From positions 1 to 64,000 of the forward strand of contig JBILLK010000017.1 of assembly GCA_044376115.1 (NCBI GenBank): DNA of 64,000 nt, in the 5' to 3' direction. Position 1 is the stretch's first letter; each line of letters starts with the position of its first letter. Both the position numbers and the translations under genes were made by a program. The notes beneath the pieces are model-generated. The model was not told the origin of the DNA, searched no databases, and worked only from the letters and a program-made list of their open reading frames with translations. Origin of the DNA: Polyangiaceae bacterium. GTDB taxonomy: Bacteria; Myxococcota_A; Polyangia; Polyangiales; Polyangiaceae. Shown one piece after another: positions 8,736 to 18,616 of this stretch.

Positions 8736-10901
8736 ATGACAGCGCATGGCCGGATCATTCGACAGATCTTCCCCCAGCGCCAATCCCTTGGCGCCTCAAG
8801 TGTCGATGCGTCGACTGGCATGACGTCTGCTTTATGTGGCCTCGTGGTTCCCCTCTCGCTCACGATGATTGTTCGTAACGAGGCGCTGTTCATCAAGCGT
8901 TGCCTCGACTCCGTCCGCGAGCATGTCGACGAACTGATCGTTGTCGACACAGGCAGCTCCGACGACACGGTAGCTATCGCCGAGCGGGAGGGGGCCCGCG
9001 TAGTTCACCACGTTTGGAACAATGACTTCTCCGCTGCGCGCAATACAGCGCTCAAGCATGCAACCGGCCAATGGGTCCTGCTGCTCGATGCGGATGAGAT
9101 CTTGTCTCTGCCAGCCGAAAGCGAACTGCGCGCATTCATCGCTACCACAAGTGCTGACTGCGGCCTCATTCGCATCCACGATGCTACTTGTCTCGAGGCC
9201 GTAGCCGCCGAGGTGATGAGCGGAGCGCGTCGACATGGGGATCCCCTCCGCGTGCCCAGGCTGTTCCGCAATACAGATGGGCTTTGCTTTAATGGACCTA
9301 TTCATGAAGAAGCCACCGCTTGGCTACATCGCCGCGGCATGAAGGTTGGCTTCGTACCTGCCGACATCATCCACTACGGCAGAGTTCCTAGCGTGGTTAC
9401 CGCGCGCGATAAGTCGCGCCGGAACCGTACCCACCTGGAAGCGTGGGCAGCTCGAGACAAAGCCGACTACTCCGCGTGCGCGTTCCTCGGTTGCGAGCTG
9501 ATCGAGGCTGGAAACGTTGATGAGGCTAGGCCCCACCTCGAGGAAGGCTGGCGTCGCTTCCTAGCAGCAGGCGCACCGACGTATCGCTCAGCGCTTCGGC
9601 TGGGCGTTGGCCGCGCAATCTTGGGTCTGATCGATGGCAACTTCACAGTAGCCCTCGAGAGCCTTCAGCGGGTCGAGGCGCGCGAAGGACTTCACCCCGA
9701 CCTGTCCTTTCTTCGAGGTCAGGTTTATGAGCAGAAAGCCCTACTCGAAAGGGGACCGCTGCGAAAAGCCGCGCTCTCAACGGCGACCGCCAACTTCGAG
9801 CAAGCACTCAAGCTCCAAGCCACCGAGTATGCACAACGCTTCGTACCTGGATCGTCGGGCAAAGAGGCATTCACCCATCTCGGAACTTGTCGGCTGCTCG
9901 CCAATCAGCTTGACGAGGCAAAGGACGCATTCCTCAAAGCCATTAGCCTCGACCCTCAGGACGTGGACGCCCGTCTTGGATTCCTGGAGGCCGACATCCG
10001 TGCAGGGCGTCCCGAGCGAGCCCTCGAAGACCTCGCTCCCCTCCTTCCGGTCACCTTCGATGCCTGGCTATTGACCGCTATGGCGGCGCACAGTATGGGC
10101 GCCACGAGCGACTTCGTCGCGCTGCTGAACGCCACCCAAACGCAAGAGCGTCGCTACCGCGCTCCCCATCGTAAAGAGCTACATCTCGACCTGCTAACCT
10201 TTAGAAGCTTCTACGAGCAGCGTCCGGTGACCACCGACACGGTCACCGGACGGCTCCTCGCCATCGCCTTGCGCACGCCGTTTGGCGGACGAGCCGGCAA
10301 GCCTATCGGAGCCGCAGATACCGCCCTCGAGGCCTTCGCGCGCAATCTGATAACGCTCGGTCGCTTCGAAGCACTCGATACGTTCTTCGAGCGGCGCGCT
10401 GAAAGCCTGGTCTCAAATAGCAAAGCAACGGTCCTCGGCGTCCTCGAGCGGGCTGGCTACCGCGTGGAGAACGCAGGCCTCCTGGAGCCTGCGCTGCTTT
10501 TGACGCTAACCGACGAGGATCGAGAGTTCTGTACCGCGCTATTGGCGCGCCATCCCAACATCTCAACGCACCATTTCGATTCTTGCGATGCTGCGCTGGT
10601 CCCGCCCTCGACAACGAAGCGGGAGCTAATCTGCTCTACAGCCAGCCCCAATGAACTTCGCACCTGGCTCGAGCGGTTCACGGCCTCGCAGGTGCTCATT
10701 GTCGGCGCGTTCCCCGGCACGACCGAGCTCCCAGTTGGGATCGAAGACAGGTGCCTTACCTTCACCTGCCCCGAGCTGCTCAACGCGCCGGAGCAAGCTC
10801 TCAATCGCATTTTCGCATTTCTCGGGGAGCCGCCAGACGAGGCGCCCCTTCGCCATGCCATAGAGCGTTATCCAGCTAGAAGCGCGGAGGCTCACCCATG
10901 A
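8736..10901 (+). CDS. GT2 glycosyltransferase + TPR repeats + degenerate C-terminal sulfotransferase-like domain
   Basis: LSLTMIVRNE, IVVDTGSSDDT, WNNDFSAARN, LLLDADE, GPIHE, HYG; TPRs; true start may be 8820 or 8844. Confidence 0.88.
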   Translation: MTAHGRIIRQIFPQRQSLGASSVDASTGMTSALCGLVVPLSLTMIVRNEALFIKRCLDSVREHVDELIVVDTGSSDDTVAIAEREGARVVHHVWNNDFSAARNTALKHATGQWVLLLDADEILSLPAESELRAFIATTSADCGLIRIHDATCLEAVAAEVMSGARRHGDPLRVPRLFRNTDGLCFNGPIHEEATAWLHRRGMKVGFVPADIIHYGRVPSVVTARDKSRRNRTHLEAWAARDKADYSACAFLGCELIEAGNVDEARPHLEEGWRRFLAAGAPTYRSALRLGVGRAILGLIDGNFTVALESLQRVEAREGLHPDLSFLRGQVYEQKALLERGPLRKAALSTATANFEQALKLQATEYAQRFVPGSSGKEAFTHLGTCRLLANQLDEAKDAFLKAISLDPQDVDARLGFLEADIRAGRPERALEDLAPLLPVTFDAWLLTAMAAHSMGATSDFVALLNATQTQERRYRAPHRKELHLDLLTFRSFYEQRPVTTDTVTGRLLAIALRTPFGGRAGKPIGAADTALEAFARNLITLGRFEALDTFFERRAESLVSNSKATVLGVLERAGYRVENAGLLEPALLLTLTDEDREFCTALLARHPNISTHHFDSCDAALVPPSTTKRELICSTASPNELRTWLERFTASQVLIVGAFPGTTELPVGIEDRCLTFTCPELLNAPEQALNRIFAFLGEPPDEAPLRHAIERYPARSAEAHP

Positions 10902-11671
10902 AAGTCGTTATTCTCGCAGGAGGCCTCGGCACCAGACTCTCCGAGGAGACTGAAGTGCGCCCCAAGCCGATGGTAGAGATCGGTGGGCGGCCCATTATCT
11001 GGCACATCATGAAGCACCTCGCGCACTACGGTTTGCGCGAGTTTGTCGTCGCGCTTGGCTACAAGGGCGAGAGCATCAAGCGCTACTTCGTAGACCACTT
11101 CGCGCTGGATGGCCCACTGCTCTTGGACGGTGAAGCAGGCACGATACGACGCCAATCCTCTTCGCGAGATGATTGGAAGGTCCACCTCGTCGACACTGGA
11201 GCGACGACGAACACGGGCGGGCGCCTCCGCCGGCTGCGGGGCGTACTCGGGAACGAGCCATTCATGGTGACCTATGGGGACGGAGTCAGCGACGTCGACC
11301 CAACGCAAGTCATTGCCTTCCATAAGAAGCTTGGGCGCGCGGCCACAGTCACCGCAGTTCGGCCGCCGGCTCGCTATGGCGCACTCTACTTTGAAGGCCC
11401 GCTGGTTCGCTTCAACGAGAAGCCGCGAACAGGCGAAGGCTGGATCAACGGGGGCTATATCATGATGAACCCCCGCGCCCTGGAATTGATTCCGCGCGAC
11501 GACACCAGCCTTGAGGCTGAGTTACTTGAGAAACTGGCGGAGCGCCGAGAGCTCGGAGCTTATCAACACGAAGGTTTCTGGCAATGCATGGACACGCTCC
11601 GAGATAAGCGTCTACTCGAGAGTCTGTGGCAAGCAGGGAATGCCCCTTGGCAAGTCTGGGAGGAACAATGA
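10898..11671 (+). CDS. rfbF: Glucose-1-phosphate cytidylyltransferase
   Basis: ILAGGLGTRLSEET..RPKPMVEIGGRPIIWHIMK, TYGDG, GFWQCMDTLRDK. Confidence 0.95.
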   Translation: MKVVILAGGLGTRLSEETEVRPKPMVEIGGRPIIWHIMKHLAHYGLREFVVALGYKGESIKRYFVDHFALDGPLLLDGEAGTIRRQSSSRDDWKVHLVDTGATTNTGGRLRRLRGVLGNEPFMVTYGDGVSDVDPTQVIAFHKKLGRAATVTAVRPPARYGALYFEGPLVRFNEKPRTGEGWINGGYIMMNPRALELIPRDDTSLEAELLEKLAERRELGAYQHEGFWQCMDTLRDKRLLESLWQAGNAPWQVWEEQ

Positions 11672-12633
11672 ACTTCGATTGGCATGAACGCTCTGTTCTA
11701 GTGGTTGGAGCATCCACTTCGCTTGCTGGCTTCATCGTAAAGGACCTGCTGACACGCGGCGCGAACGTCCACTGCACAGTAAAGGACTGGGTCCCCAACT
11801 CTCTACTCGTGCGGGACGGACTACTGGCCGACGTCGCGGTCTGCCAGCTCGACGAACGCGATGGTGAGGGGCTCTTTCGAGTCTTGGATGAATACCGCAT
11901 TGACACAATCTTCCATCTCCCAGAAGCCCCGCGCTCCGGCGAACTGCAGCCACGCACTTTCCAGGCTCATATCGAGGGGACCTGGACCTTGCTCGATGCG
12001 GCTCGCAGGGTGGGCCACGTAAGGACCGCCATCCTCGCTGGGACGGAGAAGCTCAGTCATGATGAGACACACGGGGCGTTCGAGGTTGCAAGGAGCTGTG
12101 CCGAACAGCTGGGCCAGTACTATGCGCGTGAGGCCAACATCAAGATCGCCGCAACGCGTACGCCAGCGATCTACGGGCCTGGCGATCTCAACTGGAACAG
12201 CCTCATTCCCAACACGATCCGCTCGGTTCTCCGCGGGCGCCCGCCTGTTTTTGATGCCGAGCCCGAGGAACTTTCCCACTACCTCTACGCCGAGGACGCC
12301 GCGCGCGCCCACATCTGTCTCGCCGAGCGCCTCATGGATAGCAACGGCCACTACGGTATGACCTACCGCATTCCAGAGAACGCTGGATTGAAGGCTAACG
12401 AGGTCGTTACCCGGGTCCTGAGCGTCATGGGCTCCGCGCTCCGTCCAGTGTTCCGTCCGTCCTCGAGACCACCTGCGTTCCGTGAAACCGAAGGGCTCGC
12501 GGCGGTGCCTTCGTTCTCCGTGCAGACCGATTTTGATACCGGTTTGCGGCAAGCGGTTCGTTGGTATGAACAGCTCCTATCCACTCCCGCTGCAAACAGC
12601 GCGCGGCCATCATCACCTGGAGAAGCTGCGTGA
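11668..12633 (+). CDS. NAD-dependent epimerase/dehydratase (CDP-glucose 4,6-dehydratase-like) with degenerate catalytic motifs
   Basis: DWVP, IDTIFHL, GTWTLLDA, YGPGDLNWN..IPNTIRSVLRG; GxxGxxG and YxxxK are altered; ATGA overlap with rfbF. Confidence 0.8.
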   Translation: MNFDWHERSVLVVGASTSLAGFIVKDLLTRGANVHCTVKDWVPNSLLVRDGLLADVAVCQLDERDGEGLFRVLDEYRIDTIFHLPEAPRSGELQPRTFQAHIEGTWTLLDAARRVGHVRTAILAGTEKLSHDETHGAFEVARSCAEQLGQYYAREANIKIAATRTPAIYGPGDLNWNSLIPNTIRSVLRGRPPVFDAEPEELSHYLYAEDAARAHICLAERLMDSNGHYGMTYRIPENAGLKANEVVTRVLSVMGSALRPVFRPSSRPPAFRETEGLAAVPSFSVQTDFDTGLRQAVRWYEQLLSTPAANSARPSSPGEAA

Positions 12634-13913
12634 AGACAATCGAACAGCTGACTAGGACACCAGTTAGCGGCGACGATGCGCATGTACGGTCGGAATGTCG
12701 AGGCTGTAGCGGACACGCACTCGTACCAGTGTTCGATCTCGGCAAGCTGCCGCTAGTCAACAATCTAGCCAACACGAAGGCGGAGGCGTTGGATGCCCCG
12801 CGCTTTCCTCTGGCGCTTACATTTTGTTCTGATTGCTTGCTCGTTCAGCTGACCCACGACGTTCCGCCAGAGAAGCTGTTCTCAAACTACAGCTACTTCT
12901 CCTCGTACTCAGAGACGATGTTACGCCACTCCGCGGCGTTGGTAGCGAACCTCACAGAAGTTCATCAGCTCGGCGCCAAGGACCGCATCATTGAGATTGC
13001 CAGCAATGACGGCTACTTGCTTCAATACTACAAGCAGCGAGGCATTCCTGTTCTAGGCATTGAACCCGCGACCAATGTCGCAGAAGTCGCACGTGCGCGT
13101 GGCATCGATACAATCAACCGCTTCTTCGGCCACGAACTAGCGCGTGAGCTAGCAGGCCAAGGCTTCCGAGGAACGATTGTCCACGCCCACAACACCTTGG
13201 CACATGTCCCCGACCTCCGAGGCTTCCTTAAAGGGCTTCAAACGATCGTCGCGGACCACGGCACTATCTGTATAGAAGTGCCACACGTCCTCACCTTAGT
13301 GGCATCCGCAGCGTTCGATACCATCTACCACGAGCACTACTCCTACTTCAGCCTCACCACCCTCGATAAGCTAACGCGCCAGCATGGTTTAACCATTGTG
13401 CGAGCAGAAGAAACACCCATTCACGGTGGCTCGCTCCAAGTCCACGCAATGCGCAGCGAGACGGCGGTAGAACCGGACGAATCAGTTGCGCGCATCCTCG
13501 CCAAGGAGGTCGCTTTTGGCATCGACGACCCGCGGACCTACCAAGCGCTAGCCAACAGAGCGGACCTCGCAAGGCGCTCGCTGCGAGAGCTGATTGCAAG
13601 CGAGAAGCGGCGCGGCCGGGTGCTCGCTGCGTATGGCGCCAGCGCCAAAGGTTGCGTAACCCAAAACTTCGCGGAGCTCACCGCCAGCGAGATTCCGTTC
13701 GTTGTTGATAAGAGTCCACACAAGCAAGGGAAGTTCGTCCCGGGTACTGGACAACCCATCCTGCCGACAGCTGAGCTGGTCTCTCGCATGCCCGCCTTGA
13801 CCCTGCTGACGGTGTGGAACCTCCAAGAGGAGGTCCTTGGCCAGGAAACGGACTATCGCCAGCGGGGCGGACGCTTCGTCATTCCGATTCCTACCGTGGA
13901 GGTTTTGCAGTGA
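12630..13913 (+). CDS. NDP-hexose C-methyltransferase
   Basis: CRGC...CSDC Zn site, YSYFSSYS, EIASNDGYLL, FDTIYHEHYSYFS, HGGSL, YGASAKG. Confidence 0.92.
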   Translation: MKTIEQLTRTPVSGDDAHVRSECRGCSGHALVPVFDLGKLPLVNNLANTKAEALDAPRFPLALTFCSDCLLVQLTHDVPPEKLFSNYSYFSSYSETMLRHSAALVANLTEVHQLGAKDRIIEIASNDGYLLQYYKQRGIPVLGIEPATNVAEVARARGIDTINRFFGHELARELAGQGFRGTIVHAHNTLAHVPDLRGFLKGLQTIVADHGTICIEVPHVLTLVASAAFDTIYHEHYSYFSLTTLDKLTRQHGLTIVRAEETPIHGGSLQVHAMRSETAVEPDESVARILAKEVAFGIDDPRTYQALANRADLARRSLRELIASEKRRGRVLAAYGASAKGCVTQNFAELTASEIPFVVDKSPHKQGKFVPGTGQPILPTAELVSRMPALTLLTVWNLQEEVLGQETDYRQRGGRFVIPIPTVEVLQ

Positions 13914-14509
13914 AGTTTCGTGAATCGAAGCTTGCCGGCGCGTTCTTTGTCGAGCCGGAACCACGTCGAGACGGTGCGGCTGGCCAAACGAGGCTCTTCT
14001 GCGCTCGCTCGTTCACCGAACGAGGGCTCGACGCGCGCGTTGGACAGTCGGCCATCGTTCGCGTCGGCAAACGAGGGACCATTCGCGGGATGCACCTAGA
14101 ACGTGGCGAAACAAAACTTGTACGCTGCGTCACGGGGAAGGTCTTTCACGTGATGATCGACCTGCGTGTGGACTCGCCAACGTTTACCAAGTGGGAGGGT
14201 ACGATCCTCAAAGAGGAGGATGACCGAGCCATCTACATGCCTCCGGGTATTGCCCACGGCTACCAAGCCTTGACCAACGATGTAACGCTGCTCGTTCACC
14301 TCTCCGGGCACTACGGAGATAGCGGAGTTTTTGGAGTGCGTTATGACGACCCCAACTTTGCGATTAGCTGGCCTATCGCTGAGGCGGCGGTCTCCCCGCG
14401 TGACGCTGCATTTCCCCCCTTTGACCCAGAAAAGCTGAGAGCACTTCTCAGTTCAGCGTCTCGCATCCCGCCCGGTAGGCCCTCCATTCTCGCACTGGAC
14501 TACCCGTAG
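13910..14509 (+). CDS. dTDP/CDP-4-keto-6-deoxyhexose 3,5-epimerase family (RmlC/RfbC-like), divergent
   Basis: GTIRGMH, KLVRCVTG, DLRVDSPTF, PPGIAHGYQAL, RYDDP..ISWP; GTGA overlap start. Confidence 0.85.
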   Translation: MKFRESKLAGAFFVEPEPRRDGAAGQTRLFCARSFTERGLDARVGQSAIVRVGKRGTIRGMHLERGETKLVRCVTGKVFHVMIDLRVDSPTFTKWEGTILKEEDDRAIYMPPGIAHGYQALTNDVTLLVHLSGHYGDSGVFGVRYDDPNFAISWPIAEAAVSPRDAAFPPFDPEKLRALLSSASRIPPGRPSILALDYP

Positions 14510-14510
14510 C

Positions 14511-15281
14511 ATGGAGTCGATAGCGCCTGGGCCCACTACGCTAAAGGCTACCAGCCATGCAGTGGACCACACCATCGTCATTAGTCAGCCAATGCTCTTC
14601 CCGTGGGTGGGCCTATTGGAGCAGGCCCAACTTGCTGACACGTACGTCCACTATGACGACGTACAATTCTCTAAGGGCGGCTTTCTCAACCGGGTGCAAA
14701 TCAAGACCGCCCAAGGCGTGCAATGGCTCACTATTCCGATAGCATGCGCACACTCCTCCACTCAGATCATTGATGTCCAAGTCAACCGGACCACGGGCTT
14801 CCGCGAGAAGCATCTGCGCACGCTTCGGCAGGCCTACGCCCAAGCTCCCTACCGCGAGCTCATGCTCGACCTAGTCGCAAGCGTGTACGCCACTCGCTCC
14901 GACTGGCTTGCCGACCTAACGATCGCCTCGGTGGAGGCACTTTGGGATGCCTTCAGCGTCCGCCCGAGCCTGAGTATGCGCTCGTCAGGCCTCTTCGTGC
15001 CCGGCACAAACTCCGAGCGAGTTTTGACGCTCTGTCAAAAGCTTGGCGCCACTACGTACGTGAGTGGCCACGGCGGAAAGAACTACCTTGACCACGTGGC
15101 CTTCCAAGAAGCAGGCATTGACGTTCAGTATATGAACTACGAGTGCCGCGAATATCCGCAACTTCACGGCATTTTTACCCCCTTCGTGAGCGCGCTGGAC
15201 CTACTCGCCAACCTGGGGCCAGAGGGGCGCACGCAAATTGCATCGCACAGCTCGACATGGGCAACACCTACGACGCACTAG
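14511..15281 (+). CDS. WbqC family protein
   Basis: ISQPMLFPWVG, YDDVQFSKGGFLNRVQIKT, YVSGHGGKNYLD, YPQLHG.FTP.VSALDLL. Confidence 0.9.
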   Translation: MESIAPGPTTLKATSHAVDHTIVISQPMLFPWVGLLEQAQLADTYVHYDDVQFSKGGFLNRVQIKTAQGVQWLTIPIACAHSSTQIIDVQVNRTTGFREKHLRTLRQAYAQAPYRELMLDLVASVYATRSDWLADLTIASVEALWDAFSVRPSLSMRSSGLFVPGTNSERVLTLCQKLGATTYVSGHGGKNYLDHVAFQEAGIDVQYMNYECREYPQLHGIFTPFVSALDLLANLGPEGRTQIASHSSTWATPTTH

Positions 15282-16060
15282 AAAGCGCCTCTAAACCCAC
15301 CACGCCAACAGCGCCATCCGACGACTCCGCGTCCTTCGAGGCGCAGAACCGCCTCGATCTCGAGGCGATGAAGCGGGACCGCGACCTGCCAGCGCTTGCG
15401 AGACATTGGGCGCGTGCAGTTGGGCCCTATCGCTACCCGTACCACTTTAAGTGGATGGGGCGGCCCATCATTCAGGTGCCTCAAGATCTGGTCGCGATGC
15501 AGGAGCTCATTTGGGAGATCAAGCCTGAGGCCATTGTTGAGACCGGCGTAGCCCGTGGTGGCTCGCTCATCTTCTATGCGTCCATGCTTCACCTGATTGA
15601 TCAGCCGGCTAAGGTGATCGGGGTCGACATTGATATTCGGACCCACAATCGTCAGGCCATCGAGGGGCATCGCATGGCTTCACGCATTGAACTCATCCAG
15701 GGCTCATCCACCACGACAGAGACCTTTAGCAAGGTAAAAGCTGCAGTCGGCGACGCCTCCCGCGTCATTGTGTGCTTGGACTCGCACCACGAGAAGCAAC
15801 ACGTACTTGAGGAGCTGAGGCTCTACTCGTCGTTGGTTCAGAAGGGCAGCTACCTCATTGTCTTCGACACTCTCCTCGAGTTCTTACCGGAGAGCTATTC
15901 GCAGGGCCGTCCTTGGGGCCCTGGCAATGGTCCGCTTTCGGCTATCGATGATTTTCTCAAAGAGAACGACCGATTCATTGTCGACACGGACATCGATACC
16001 AAACTTCAAATCACGGTTGCCCCGAACGGGTGGCTTCGATGCGTAGGAGACATGTCATGA
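15257..16060 (+). CDS. CmcI / cephalosporin hydroxylase family (rhamnosyl O-methyltransferase-like)
   Basis: YHFKWMGRPIIQVPQD..AMQELIW..KP..IVETGVARGGSL, LDSHH, ITVAPNG; start uncertain. Confidence 0.88.
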   Translation: MGNTYDALESASKPTTPTAPSDDSASFEAQNRLDLEAMKRDRDLPALARHWARAVGPYRYPYHFKWMGRPIIQVPQDLVAMQELIWEIKPEAIVETGVARGGSLIFYASMLHLIDQPAKVIGVDIDIRTHNRQAIEGHRMASRIELIQGSSTTTETFSKVKAAVGDASRVIVCLDSHHEKQHVLEELRLYSSLVQKGSYLIVFDTLLEFLPESYSQGRPWGPGNGPLSAIDDFLKENDRFIVDTDIDTKLQITVAPNGWLRCVGDMS

Positions 16061-17310
16061 ACCCTCAACTTCTAGGCGCAACCTCCAGTCGCATCCCAGT
16101 CGCGGGTCCCGACATTTCTGAACTGGAGGTTTCCCTCGTTGCAGACGCTGCCCGCAGCGGCTTCTACCAAGGTGCCAACCAGTACCAGACCCGTTTTGAG
16201 CAAGCGTTCGCAGAGTACGTAGGAGTGAGCCACGCCGTCGCCCTCCCTTCCTGCACCTCTGCTATTCACCTGGCGCTTACCGCGATGGGCGTCGGTCCGG
16301 GCGACGAGGTCATTGTCCCCGACATTACGTGGATAGCGACAGTTGCCCCCGTCCTATATCTTGGCGCCACGCCGATCTTCGCCGACGTCGATCCCGTAAC
16401 GTGGTGCATCGCGCCGACAAGTGTGGAGCAGTGTCTCTCAAAGCGGACCAAAGCGATTATCGGGGTCGACCTCTATGGCGGGATGTGCGATTGGGCGCGC
16501 CTCAAGGGGCTAGCCCGTACCGCTAACGTAAAGCTCATCGAAGATGCGGCAGAAGCAGTGGGGAGTTCCTGGATGAGCCAGCGCGCCGGCTCATTCGCCG
16601 ACGTGGGAACCTTCTCATTTCACGGCTCAAAGACGATGACCACTGGGGAAGGTGGCATGCTCGTGACCAACGATGGTGACCTCCTCGCCCGCATTCTAAG
16701 GCTGCGCGATCACGGCCGGGCCCCCAATGACTTCTTCTTTGAGAACGAAGAGCTGGGCTTCAAGTACCGGATGAGCGCGGTTCAAGCTGCGATGGGTTTG
16801 GGTCAACTCTCGAGACTGCAACAGTTCCTCGACAAGAAGCGTCGCATCTTCTCGCTCTACGCAGAATACCTTACTGGGCTGGAAGGGATAACCCTCAACG
16901 CCGAGCCGGCAGGGCTCTACAACTCCTACTGGATGTCGACCGTAGTGTGGGACGACTCCTACGACATCCTCAAGAAAGCTGTCATGGCGCGGCTTGCGGC
17001 GCGCGGGATCGATAGCCGCCCCTTCTTTAACCCATTGTCTTCGTTGCCTGCGCTGGCCAACATCGCGAGCACAAGGCCTGCGAGGGAGCAGAACAAGACT
17101 GCCTACGCACTTTCGGAGCGCGCGATCAACCTTCCGTCCGCGCTATGTCTCGAGGATGACGACGTTCTCTGGGCAGCCTGCGTGCTTCGCGCCGCATTGG
17201 AGTCGAATCGAAGGTCCCCCGTGAGTTCGATAGCATGTTCCGTTGCGCCCGGAGCAGGAGCAATGCCCTCAGTAGCCAAGGGCGACATGCCATCACGGAG
17301 CGCAGCCTAA
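16057..17310 (+). CDS. DegT/DnrJ/EryC1/StrS PLP sugar aminotransferase (perosamine synthase-like)
   Basis: SCTSAIHLAL, GPGDEVIVP, IEDAAEA, FSFHGSKTMTTGEGGM. Confidence 0.93.
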   Translation: MNPQLLGATSSRIPVAGPDISELEVSLVADAARSGFYQGANQYQTRFEQAFAEYVGVSHAVALPSCTSAIHLALTAMGVGPGDEVIVPDITWIATVAPVLYLGATPIFADVDPVTWCIAPTSVEQCLSKRTKAIIGVDLYGGMCDWARLKGLARTANVKLIEDAAEAVGSSWMSQRAGSFADVGTFSFHGSKTMTTGEGGMLVTNDGDLLARILRLRDHGRAPNDFFFENEELGFKYRMSAVQAAMGLGQLSRLQQFLDKKRRIFSLYAEYLTGLEGITLNAEPAGLYNSYWMSTVVWDDSYDILKKAVMARLAARGIDSRPFFNPLSSLPALANIASTRPAREQNKTAYALSERAINLPSALCLEDDDVLWAACVLRAALESNRRSPVSSIACSVAPGAGAMPSVAKGDMPSRSAA

Positions 17311-18206
17311 TGGACCTTCAGCAGCTAGTATCAAGCATACTGGAGACCAATCCGAGGCAAGCAGCAATGCTAGCTCGTGCTCAGGAGACGCTCCGTGAAG
17401 ATGAACGTTCAGAGGTAGAAGCCTATCTTTCTCTGGAGGCTGACTTCGGATTTACCCCTAAAGATCTATCCAGCGCCTACAACTTGGTTGTCCTCGACAC
17501 CCTCCGGGAGCAGATGTTCTTCCGACGCCATGGAAGGTATCGACATCAACGCTTCAGTGACGTTGCCTCCGCCGTCTACTTTTCTCCGGACTATATGCGC
17601 CAGTACATGCAGGGGCTGGCCCTTACTGGTTTCCTCTGGCCCAATCACGTCAGTATTCGACGATTCTTCACTGACTATCTCGAACGCGTGCCGGCAGGAC
17701 AAGGCGACTATCTCGAGGTTGGGCCTGGCCATGGCATCTACATGGCCAGCGCGGTTCGAAGTGCCAAGTACGCGCGATACCTAGGTGTTGACATAAGCCC
17801 GACCTCACTGGAGCTCACGCGGAGGATGCTAACGCACGTAACCCGGGAGCAACCAGCACGTTTCCAGTTGCAACTAGGCAACTTCTTGGAGACCTCCTTC
17901 GACCGCTCCTTTGACATGATCGTGATGGGCGAGGTGCTTGAGCACGTAGAGGACCCCAGCCGCTTCCTCCAGCACGCGCGAGACGCAATTAGGCCCAACG
18001 GCGCCGTTTTCATCTCTACCTGTATCAACTCACCGGCCACCGACCACATCTACCTCTTCAAACACGATTCTGAGGTAGGAGCGCTCGCCTCCGCTGCTGG
18101 CCTTACAATACAGAGCCAACTCATCGTTCCGTACCACGGCACTGATCTGAGCCAGTCTTACGCTGAGATGCTCCCCATCAACATCGCCATGGTGCTCTCG
18201 CGGTGA
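17310..18206 (+). CDS. Class I SAM-dependent methyltransferase
   Basis: YLEVGPGHG, GVDIS, GEVLEHVEDP; TAATG coupling. Confidence 0.88.
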   Translation: MDLQQLVSSILETNPRQAAMLARAQETLREDERSEVEAYLSLEADFGFTPKDLSSAYNLVVLDTLREQMFFRRHGRYRHQRFSDVASAVYFSPDYMRQYMQGLALTGFLWPNHVSIRRFFTDYLERVPAGQGDYLEVGPGHGIYMASAVRSAKYARYLGVDISPTSLELTRRMLTHVTREQPARFQLQLGNFLETSFDRSFDMIVMGEVLEHVEDPSRFLQHARDAIRPNGAVFISTCINSPATDHIYLFKHDSEVGALASAAGLTIQSQLIVPYHGTDLSQSYAEMLPINIAMVLSR

Positions 18207-18616
18207 ACTCGCTTCCGTTTCGGTTTCACCACCTTGGGCTAGCGGCACGGCGGGTGGAGCCAGCCAAACACTTCGCGCAGATACTTGGCTATCAGCTCGG
18301 ACCAGAAGTCCATGACCCGCTACAAAACGTCAAGCTTGTTATGTGTACACATTCGACAATGCCGGCAATGGAGCTCGTGACGCCCACAGACGAACCGGGA
18401 CCATTGAATTCCCTCCTGCGCCAGTCGACCGAGCTGGTTTATCACCTTTGCTATGAGGTCCCCCGAATAGAGGAAGCCCTCACGTTCATTCGTGCAAAGG
18501 TGGCCTCCTTCCGGTGTGTGGCCGAACCGAAGCCCGCTGTGCTCTTTGGGGAGCGCCTTGTTGGATTCTATCTCCTACCGGGCGCTGGGCTCGTAGAACT
18601 CTTGGAGGCAACCTGA
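18203..18616 (+). CDS. VOC/glyoxalase family protein (methylmalonyl-CoA epimerase-like)
   Basis: FHHLGLA, DPLQNV, MELV.P, YHLCYEV, LVELLE. Confidence 0.85.
   Translation: MNSLPFRFHHLGLAARRVEPAKHFAQILGYQLGPEVHDPLQNVKLVMCTHSTMPAMELVTPTDEPGPLNSLLRQSTELVYHLCYEVPRIEEALTFIRAKVASFRCVAEPKPAVLFGERLVGFYLLPGAGLVELLEAT

Noticed and set aside
15257..16060. Beta-lactam biosynthesis (cephalosporin hydroxylase)
   Set aside because: The CmcI family has a methyltransferase fold and is common in glycan clusters; no beta-lactam genes are present
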